DNA of 32,000 nucleotides from Candidatus Saccharimonadota bacterium (GTDB lineage Bacteria; Patescibacteriota; Gracilibacteria; BD1-5; UBA2023): NCBI GenBank assembly GCA_046350815.1, contig JAXLZO010000001.1, positions 570,001 to 602,000 of the forward strand, read 5' to 3'. Shown piece by piece: positions 9,451 to 16,687 of this stretch (position 1 is its first letter; each line of letters starts with the position of its first letter). The notes under the pieces were generated by a model. It saw only the letters and a program-made list of their open reading frames with translations, ran no database searches and was not told where the DNA came from. The position numbers and the translations under genes were made by a program.

Positions 9451-12069
9451 CTAAAGGCGAATCACGGTAACTGGGTTCTTCACCTCATTTTCTTGACCTT
9501 CGTTATTTGTATCTTGCATGATTTCCTCAAATTCTGATGCTATCTCGCTTTGTTCATCAAGACTGACTGTGAGAGGAAGATTTGGATCGATTGCTTCTGC
9601 AACTGGCTCTGGAGCTTGAGATGCTATCATACTGCGAACGACACGATGATCGATATCAGATATAAGTGTCATGAATCGATCATAGGCACGTTCACGATAG
9701 ACGATGAGTGGATTTTTCTGCGCATAGCTTTCAAAAGCTACTTCTTCTCGCAAATGGGTCATTGCATCGATATGTTGCATCCAGAGCAGATCGATTGATT
9801 GAAGCATGAGCTGGTTAATGAAGTTACTTACGTTTTCCTCTCCTGCTTTTGCTCGAAGATTATTGATGTGTGCACGAATGTAGCTCTCTATAATTTCTTC
9901 CTCACTCGATATATCTTGAATTTCTGGGAGCTTTTCTTTCCCTGAGATAACCTTGTACACTTCCTGTAGAGACTCAAGGGAGAGATTGCCAGTGAGCGGA
10001 TCACGAGCATTATCTGTCAAAGACTTACTCACTCGCACTATCATTTCGTTTAATATTTCTTGACTTTCACCTTTGAGGAGTTTGTTGCGGCGAGCATAGA
10101 TGACGAGACGATGTTGATTGATAACATCGTCGTACTCGAGCACATGCTTTCTTATATCAAAATTTCGTCCTTCCACTTGTTTTTGTACGGAGGTAATACG
10201 TTTGGTGAGCATACCACTTTCAGCAAGTGGCTCATCGGCAGGTACACTTGCAAAGATTGGTGAATTGAATATAGAGAAAAGTTTATCACCTCCAAATATT
10301 CTCATAATATCATCATTTGGTGAGACAAGAAATTGGCTGGTACCAGGATCTCATTGTCGACCAGATCGGCCTCGGAGTTGGTTATCGATACGACGAGTTT
10401 CATGCTTTTCAGTACCGATAACAAAGAGTCACCCAAGATCATAACTGAGTATTGGTGTGATTTCCATCTTGCCAGAGAGAGTTTTTACTTCTTCCGATAA
10501 CTTAATATCAGTACCACGACCGGCCATATTGGTTGCTATCGTAACCCCACCAAAAGATCCAGCTTTTGCAATAATTTCTGCTTCTCGTTCATCTTGTTTT
10601 GCATTGAGGACTTCATGAGGAACTCATTTCTCCTTAAGGAGATCTGAGAGATACTCACTTTTTGCAACGGATACGGTACCAACGAGAATTGGTTGTCCAA
10701 CACTGTGAAGTTTTGCAATGAGATTCACAAGAAATTCAAATTTCCCCACTTCATTCTTAAATAAGAGATCACCACGATCATCACGTATGAGGGGCTTATT
10801 GGTTGGAACAGCGAGCACTTCGAGAGAGTAGATTTTATAAAATTCTTCCTCTTCTGTCTTTGCGGTACCAGTCATACCTGCAAGTTTCTTGTAGAGTCGG
10901 AAATAATTCTGAAACGTGATGGAAGCAAGAGTCTTTGTTTCTTGCTTAATCTCAACGCCTTCTCGTGCCTCGATTGCCTGATGGAGCCCATCAGAATATC
11001 TGCGACCGGAGAGTACACGTCCTGTATGCTCGTCAACAATCAGGATTTCATTATTACGAACGATATAATCCTTGTCACGCTCAAAGAGGCTCTCTGCTTT
11101 GAGAGCATTCTCTATATGATGAAGATCGTTGTACGATGAAGATGTATAGATATTCTCAACCCCAAGAATTTCCTCTACACGTTTGATTCCTTCTTCTGAG
11201 AGAATCGTGGATCGAGCTTTTTCATCTACCTTATAGTGTGTATGTTTTTCTAGGCTTCTTGCGATGGCTGCAAACTTCATGTATTTATTGGTCGGTTCGC
11301 TATCTGGTGCTGAAATGATGAGTGGAGTGCGGGCCTCATCTATGAGAATCGAATCTACTTCATCGATGAGCGCATATGAGAGTGGACTCATGACACGATC
11401 CTCGAGTTTGGACACCATATTATCACGTAGGTAGTCAAATCCGAGCTCGTTATTGGTAGCGTAGACGATATTACTACGGTACATTTCTTTTTTTACTTCG
11501 CTGGATTGGTTGTGCACAATAACACCGACACTCAGACCAAGTGCCTTGTAGAGAATCCCCATTTCTTCACTATCACGGCGAGCGAGATAATCATTCACTG
11601 TAACGACGTGGACGGGATATCCGGTGAGTGCATTGAGATATGCAGCGATGGTTGCAACGAGAGTTTTTCCCTCGCCGGTTCGCATTTCGGCAATGCGACG
11701 ATCATTGAGTGCGAGTGCTCCTATGATTTGTACATCATAGGGTACCATATTCCAGAGGACTATTTTGTCATCTGAGAGTGTATGAGTCGTCCCGGAGAGG
11801 AGGCGACATCCGATACTATGGAGAGCAATCGCTTCATGTTTGATTTCTTCGAGGATTGATTTGATAGTTGCTCGATCTGAGTCGATGTGAATATCGAGTC
11901 ACACAAAACGTGACATAAATTCTTTCGTGCGAGATTGTACTTGCTCGAGAGAAGTATATTCTTCGATCAAGCTTGCTTCGAGGGATCGGATCTTTGCTAC
12001 ATCTTTCTGGTAGCGAGCAATCATTTTCTGGTTATCATCACCAAAAAGTCGTTCAAGAAATCACATCAT
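9451..12069 (-). CDS. secA: preprotein translocase ATPase SecA (872 aa)
   Basis: The translation runs [21 protein letters not shown]...[11 protein letters not shown]...[10 protein letters not shown]...[21 protein letters not shown]. The frame is continuous across track ORFs 10624..11748 and 9451..10305 and an upstream piece. TAG at 9451-9453. Confidence 0.95.
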
Positions 12070-12092
12070 AATAATGGAGAGAATAGGTCAAC

Positions 12093-12120
12093 ATAGTATG
12101 AAAAAACTCGATTGTGACAA
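12093..12120 (-). promoter_or_regulatory. putative sigma70-type promoter of secA
   Basis: Minus strand reads TTGTCA-N16-TACTAT, about 24 nt upstream of the secA ATG. Confidence 0.45.
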
Positions 12121-12220
12121 GTTTATCCAATGAAAATGTATCACAAATTTTTTACATCATCATGAGTAGATATTCTGCAGTTCTCGAGGATGTAGAGAAA
12201 AAATTTCTCCTCATTTCCTC

Positions 12221-12248
12221 TTGTTCTCTCTCAAAAAATCCCTACACT
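12221..12248 (+). promoter_or_regulatory. putative promoter of the exonuclease gene
   Basis: TTGTTC-N16-TACACT. Its position argues for the ATG at 12272 rather than the TTG at 12221 used by the track. Confidence 0.4.
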
Positions 12249-12271
12249 CACCACCTCTTGTTCCATTTTTT

Positions 12272-12877
12272 ATGAAAGCATTTGTATTTGATACCGAGAC
12301 AACAGGTTTTATTGTGAGAGATGGTCGTCTTGATCAACAACCGTATATTATTCAATTTGCTGGGATTCTCGGTGAAATATCAGAGGAGCATGGGTTCGTG
12401 GAAATAGATCGAATAAATATTCTCATCAAGCCGCCAATTTCCATTCCGTTTGCATCTTCTCAGGTAAATGGTATCTATGATCGTGATGTTGTAGATAAAG
12501 AACCTCTCAGCCATCATATCGATGAGATTATGAATTTTATCAATGTTCGTACTGATATTGCTGTAGCGCATAATATCGAATATGATCGTGATGTGATTTC
12601 TTATGAGCTCGAGCGACTCGGGCGTGCTGGGGATTTTCATCCGAAACAATCGCTTTGTACCATGCGATCGAGTACGGAATATTGTCAGCTACAATGAAGA
12701 GGAATTTCATTCAAACCACCTCGTTTGAATGAACTCTACAAACATCTTTTTGGTACATGGTTCGAATGAGCTCACGATGCGATGGTCGACGTGGAGGCAA
12801 CTTCACGTGCATTCGGTGAGCTGGTTAAACGATGAGTTATTACGATTGAGGAGCCAACAGAGATGCGACTATTCTAG
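12272..12877 (+). CDS. DEDDh 3'-5' exonuclease, DnaQ/epsilon-like (201 aa)
   Basis: Exo I FVFDTETTG, Exo II IAVAHNIEYDRDV, Exo III G-AHDAMVDVEAT. Three in-frame TGA. TAG at 12875-12877. Confidence 0.8.
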
Positions 12878-12887
12878 TGTGAAAATT

Positions 12888-12915
12888 TTGTATTTTTTAG
12901 GGAACTGATTATAAT
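12888..12915 (+). promoter_or_regulatory. promoter of small RNA, module 1
   Basis: TTGTAT-N16-TATAAT. Confidence 0.55.
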
Positions 12916-12921
12916 ACCTCT

Positions 12922-12999
12922 GATCTCGAAAGAGACCAGCCTAAAACTTAGGGAAAATCTCCCGAATAATAAAGCCCCTGCAGGGGGCTTTATTATTTT
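12922..12999 (+). ncRNA. candidate antisense/antitoxin small RNA, module 1 (~79 nt)
   Basis: A GAAA-capped 5' hairpin at 12922-12937 is followed by DRa at 12938-12963. The RNA ends in the hairpin AGCCCC-tgca-GGGGCT plus a T-run. Two paralogues exist in this window. Confidence 0.5.
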
Positions 13000-13097
13000 C
13001 ATCTGAGTTCGCGGATAAGCATCTTTTGAGCTCTTCCATGTACCCGACGGATCTCATACCCACGAAGGGCGAAGAGATATTTGAGGAACTTCCTCAT
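12993..13097 (-). CDS. 34-codon basic peptide MRKFLKYLFALRGYEIRRVHGRAQKMLIRELRGK (candidate type I toxin), module 1
   Basis: ATG at 13097, TAA at 12993-12995, and the penultimate codon is TGA. Paralogous ORFs lie at 15115..15222 and 19827..19922. A dedicated promoter and a structured leader sit upstream. Confidence 0.5.
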
Positions 13098-13153
13098 AGC
13101 CTAGAACTTAGGAGATAAAAATCTCCCACTCCCAAAGGAATGGGAGCGAGCCG

Positions 13154-13181
13154 ATTGTATGGAAAGACAGGAGGAAGACAA
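13154..13181 (-). promoter_or_regulatory. promoter of the small-ORF mRNA, module 1
   Basis: Minus strand reads TTGTCT-N16-TACAAT. The same arrangement is conserved in modules 2 and 3. Confidence 0.5.
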
Positions 13182-13187
13182 GAAAAG

Positions 13188-13670
13188 GGGGAAGATCCCC
13201 GACTTATCGCATTAGTGCGATGCGCTGGACTGGACTGCTGAAGCTTGCTGAATCAAGTTCAGGATCACAGGTTTGATAAGATCCCCGCCTCCGCGAGGAT
13301 GACAAACACTTGATACAAATAAATACATCTCCCCCTAGCCTCCGACTTGTTCTAACCAATAGGAACTCGCTGGACTGCTTGAGGCTTGCCCTCAACGAGG
13401 GAGAACAGGACAAAAGAAATTTCTTGTTGGTTAGGATTTTGTATTCTATCCTCCTGATAAGGGGGACGAAGGGGGTTTGTATTTTTGTATTCTTCCCATC
13501 TTGAGGGGTGGCACATAGTGACGGTGTGCGACCAAAGGGAGTCCAGCGAGTGCAACGAGTCGGGGATGTTCTGTGTATACACAAAAAGAAGAAGATCCTG
13601 AATCAAGTTCAGGATGACAATAATAATATTATTTCCCCCTCGTTGAGGGGGATCAAGGGGGAGTTTATTC
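13188..13670. repeat. mosaic array 1 of GC-rich short hairpin repeats
   Basis: Contains CTGAATCAAGTTCAGGATCACA (13248-13269), AGATCCCCGCCTCCGCGAGGATGACA (13279-13304), CGCTGGACTGCT(T)GARGCTTG twice, CCCTCAACGAGGG, CCCATCTTGAGGGGTGG and GATCCTGAATCAAGTTCAGGATGACA (13594-13619). The same motifs recur at 15.3-16.0, 19.2-20.3 and 22.2-22.5 kb. Confidence 0.85.
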
Positions 13671-13755
13671 TAGTCTCAGACTCATATTCTCACCACTACT
13701 CTCACTTTCAAAATCAATCAAAAGAGAAAACACCAAAAGAACAAGCTCGATTTTT

Positions 13756-13784
13756 TTGACACAAAGCTCAAAACATGCTAGCAT
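13756..13784 (+). promoter_or_regulatory. putative promoter of the pilin-like gene
   Basis: TTGACA-N17-TAGCAT. It overlaps the track's ATG at 13775, which favours the ATG at 13820 as the real start. Confidence 0.45.
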
Positions 13785-13819
13785 ACGTGTGCTTTATTCA
13801 TTTTATAACTTTCGCGAAT

Positions 13820-14230
13820 ATGAAACTCGCAAATATAGCAAAACTCGCAACCGCGAGTGTCGGTCTCTCTACTTTGGCTATGAACAGTGCGGCTTTTGCT
13901 ACTGCTAGTGGTGGTTTGAACTTTGGTACAGTTAACACACAAATAGCTGGAACTACAGCTAGTGCAAATGATTCTATTACTGGAATATTTAATAACTTAG
14001 CCCTCTTTATTGGTCTTATCGCTGTTGTATATGGCGTGTACGGTGGTTATCTTTATCTTACTGCAAGTGGTGAAGAGGAACAAACAAAGAAGGCAAAAAC
14101 AATCTTTAAACAAGTAGCCATCGGCATACTGATTATCTTCTTGGCTTATTCAATTGTTACGACACTTCTTAGTACTCTCTTTGGTAGCACTGGAGCCACT
14201 GGAACCACTAATGGTCTGCAGCAAGGTTAG
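13820..14230 (+). CDS. small secreted two-TM protein, TrbC/VirB2 (T4SS-pilin)-like (136 aa)
   Basis: Signal peptide MKLANIAKLATASVGLSTLAMNSAAFA, followed by two hydrophobic helices (LALFIGLIAVVYGVYGGYLYL and VAIGILIIFLAYSIVTTLL) separated by a charged loop. This topology is typical of VirB2-type pilins common in CPR genomes. TAG stop. Confidence 0.55.
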   Translation: MKLANIAKLATASVGLSTLAMNSAAFATASGGLNFGTVNTQIAGTTASANDSITGIFNNLALFIGLIAVVYGVYGGYLYLTASGEEEQTKKAKTIFKQVAIGILIIFLAYSIVTTLLSTLFGSTGATGTTNGLQQG

Positions 14231-14268
14231 GCTGCTGCAGACATTTTGGATTTACAGTCCAGAATCTC

Positions 14269-14299
14269 AAAAAAAACTTCCATTTCTTGGAAGTTTTTT
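14269..14299. terminator. bidirectional intrinsic terminator
   Basis: A-run, then AACTTCCA-tttc(t)-TGGAAGTT, then T-run, sited between convergent genes. Confidence 0.65.
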
Positions 14300-14301
14300 A
14301 G

Positions 14302-14916
14302 TTATTCATATCTCACAAATATCCTCTCTCCCTCATAAGGAATCGGTGTTCCATCGCTGAGGTATTGTCTTTTGGGTGTTACTTTTTGTTGAGAGAGCTT
14401 TTTTGTGGGATATTTCTCAGATGATACTGATGTTGCGATAGAATGCTGTATTAGCTTTGCTTGATTCACTGTATTTGGTCGTTCTGTATTCACCTCATCT
14501 AGTGTTTGTTCTGATGCCTCCATAGCAATCTTTGGTTCCCCCTCATTCTTAAGTATTTCACCAGAGTTGGAAGACTCTGGGGTTGTCGTACCTGCAATTG
14601 ATGCTCAATCAGATGATGGGTGACGACCGAAGAGTGTGAGAGTGATCCCGATAATGAGCGCAAGTGAAAATACGAGAGAGGAGAGTCACCAGAATGATGG
14701 GGTATGATTGAGGCTCTTGGCTCAAGATTCTCATGGAAATGATTTTGACTCGAAAAAGGAAAATACAGAAAAGCATGAGAAAAATATCCCCATACTTCCG
14801 AGGGCAATCAGGAGTAAAAACAGTTGATTTCTTCACCCAACAAATTCATACATCGACCATATGAATACAAAACTTGAGACAAGAAGTGCGATAAATGAGA
14901 GAACAAAACGATGCAT
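14302..14916 (-). CDS. hypothetical membrane protein, 3 TM helices plus a soluble tail (204 aa)
   Basis: The frame runs from ATG 14916 to TAA 14302-14304 and is open under code 25, with 6 in-frame TGA. It extends track ORF 14302..14523 upstream. Confidence 0.6.
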
Positions 14917-15008
14917 AAGTATTTGCTCAAGAGATAATCACTATTATAAAAAATATCTATCTGTCAATATTATTATAATATTTTCTATCTCCAATAATCA
15001 AAGAATAG

Positions 15009-15036
15009 TTGTACTTTTCTTAAAATCTGCTACAAT
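15009..15036 (+). promoter_or_regulatory. promoter of small RNA, module 2
   Basis: TTGTAC-N16-TACAAT with an extended -10 TGc. Confidence 0.55.
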
Positions 15037-15042
15037 GCGTCT

Positions 15043-15120
15043 GATCTCGCAAGAGATATAAAGTCGAAGGGATTAAATCTCCCAAAGAAAAGACCCCGTG
15101 CATGGGGTCTTTTCTTATTT
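15043..15120 (+). ncRNA. candidate antisense/antitoxin small RNA, module 2
   Basis: GCAA-capped hairpin ATCTC/GAGAT, then DRa ATAAAGTCGAAGGGATTAAATCTCCC, then terminator AGACCCC-gtgcat-GGGGTCT plus a T-run. Confidence 0.5.
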
Positions 15121-15222
15121 TCGAAGATCACGCAAGAGTTTCTTGCGAATTCTTCCATGCATCTTTCGGATGCTGATCTCGTAGCCAAGAATGGCGATGA
15201 GATATCTGAGGAAATTCCTCAT
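15115..15222 (-). CDS. 35-codon basic peptide MRNFLRYLIAILGYEISIRKMHGRIRKKLLRDLRK, module 2
   Basis: ATG at 15222, TAA at 15115-15117. It is a paralogue of the module 1 peptide, roughly 55-60% identical by eye. Confidence 0.5.
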   Translation of the reverse strand: MRNFLRYLIAILGYEISIRKMHGRIRKKLLRDLRK

Positions 15223-15277
15223 AAAATCGAAGGTTAGTAACTAAACCTCCCACTCCCAAGAGAATGGGAGCGAGCCG

Positions 15278-15305
15278 ATTGCATGGAAAGATAGGAGGAA
15301 GACAA
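15278..15305 (-). promoter_or_regulatory. promoter of the small-ORF mRNA, module 2
   Basis: Minus strand reads TTGTCT-N16-TGCAAT. Confidence 0.45.
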
Positions 15306-15536
15306 GAAAAGAGGAAGATCCCCGATTCGCGACGACTGTTTCGCTCTCTGGACAGCTTGAGGCTAGCTGAATCAAGTTCAGGATGACAACATATTTTTCT
15401 TGTTACTGTCATTCCCATACAGATGTGAATCTTGCGAATGGATAGAAGTAGATCCCCGCCTCCGCGAGGATGACAAATAAATAAGTGAAATGAACAATTA
15501 AAATGTTGTCTGTCATTCCCGCACCGGTGGGAATCT
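15306..15536. repeat. mosaic hairpin array 2a
   Basis: CTGAATCAAGTTCAGGATGACA (15367-15388), a two-hairpin cassette TGTCATTCCC..GAATCT...AGATCCCCGCCTCCGCGAGGATGACA (15407-15475), and TGTCATTCCCGCACCGGTGGGAATCT (15511-15536). Confidence 0.85.
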
Positions 15537-15553
15537 GCTTCTTCTTGTGCCTA

Positions 15554-15841
15554 TTACTCCCGTATTTCATCTGCTAAATCCCTCCATTCTGGATTTTCTT
15601 CTTCTATAAGTCTCACTTTCCACTCTCTGTTCCATTTCTTCAATTGTTTTTCTCGAGTGATTGTTCATTCAATACTGTTTCCATATTCAAAATATACGAG
15701 TTGATAAGTATGATACTTGCTGCTAAAACCATCAAGAAGATTATTTTTGTGTTCATACATTCTTCTCGCAAGATTATTTGTCACCCCAATATAGATCACC
15801 CCATGCGGTTTGTTTGTGAGGATATAGACGTAGTATTGCAT
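15554..15841 (-). CDS. small stand-alone GIY-YIG nuclease (95 aa)
   Basis: MQYYVYILTNKPHGVIYIGVTNNLARRMYEHKNN...REKQLKKWNREWKVRLIEEENPEW carries the GIY-YIG, R and E motifs. One in-frame TGA hides it from the ORF track. TAA at 15554-15556. Confidence 0.85.
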
Positions 15842-15909
15842 ATGAGAGAATGAAAATTGTAAGATTTTTGTTTATACTCTTAACTCTTGTTGCTCATTCA
15901 TTCCTTTTC

Positions 15910-16039
15910 TGTCATTCCCGTGCAGACGGGAATCTTCTTGATGGATGTAGCCAGATCCCCGCCTCCGCGAGGATGACAAAGAAATAGAAAGGATAACAGA
16001 CTAGATTACTGCCTGTCATTCCCGCGCAGGCGGGAATCT
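15910..16039. repeat. mosaic hairpin array 2b, a 130-nt direct copy of 15407-15536
   Basis: Cassette at 15910-15978 and TGTCATTCCCGCGCAGGCGGGAATCT at 16014-16039, with the same element order and the same length as 15407-15536. Confidence 0.85.
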
Positions 16040-16043
16040 ATTC

Positions 16044-16637
16044 TTATGATTTTCTGTAACATTTTTCCCTGATCCTCTCATCCATCACAATCATCATACA
16101 TCCATCATCTGGATCAATCGGGAGGATCGTATGTGGGATATTTTTTTCGTTGAGAAATATGAAAAAACTCTCCATTTTCCCTCGGAATTTGATCACATCA
16201 TCGATAATAATGACCGATCTATCGTGTGTATGGGGAATGACCGCAAGAAAGAAATCAAGAGTCAGACGCTTGTATCCGTCGATAAATACGAGGTCATAGT
16301 CCTCCGTCAAAGTCGGTATCACCTCGAGAGCATCTCAGAGATGAGCATGAATCCTATCATCAAAACCACATTCATGAAAATATCCGAGTGCCTCCTCGTG
16401 TGCTGGGACAGATTGTTCGATTGTTGTAACACTCGCTCATTCACCGAGTGCACTTGCGATCCAGAGTGTGGAATATCCATTTGCGGTGCCAATCTCGAGT
16501 ACACGTTGTGGCGTGAGGGCTCGAGTCATATCGTGCAAATATCTCCCCATTTCTGGAGAGATATTTGGAACCTTTCGCTCAAGACTCTTGGATTTGAGGG
16601 AGGAGAGGTAGGTGAGGAGGTCAGGTGTCAAAGTCAT
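16044..16637 (-). CDS. class I SAM-dependent O-methyltransferase, family 3 (caffeoyl-CoA OMT / YrrM-like), 197 aa
   Basis: VLEIGTANGYSTLWIA (SAM motif I), G-DALEVIP and DLVFIDGYK. Two in-frame TGA join track ORFs 16437..16637 and 16044..16322. Confidence 0.85.
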
Positions 16638-16687
16638 ACAAAAGGTGATTTTTGTGAGTATAACTTGATTTGCTATGAGGGCAAGAA

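Noticed and set aside
12993-13097. The small ORFs of the three modules as transcription-attenuation leader peptides or upstream ORFs of a downstream gene.
   Set aside because: Each ORF runs straight into a terminator shared with a convergent transcript, and no gene follows on the same strand. This is not fully excluded as a different kind of regulatory peptide, so it is kept as a caveat in the findings.
13204-13759. Track ORFs inside the arrays (13204..13584, 13352..13606 and 13508..13759; likewise 15128..15418, 19618..19944, 20177..20449 and 22125..22376) as protein-coding genes.
   Set aside because: They are translations of the hairpin repeats, giving low-complexity strings such as SSSRRRGS and PELDSAS. 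They overlap each other in several frames and have no start-site signals.
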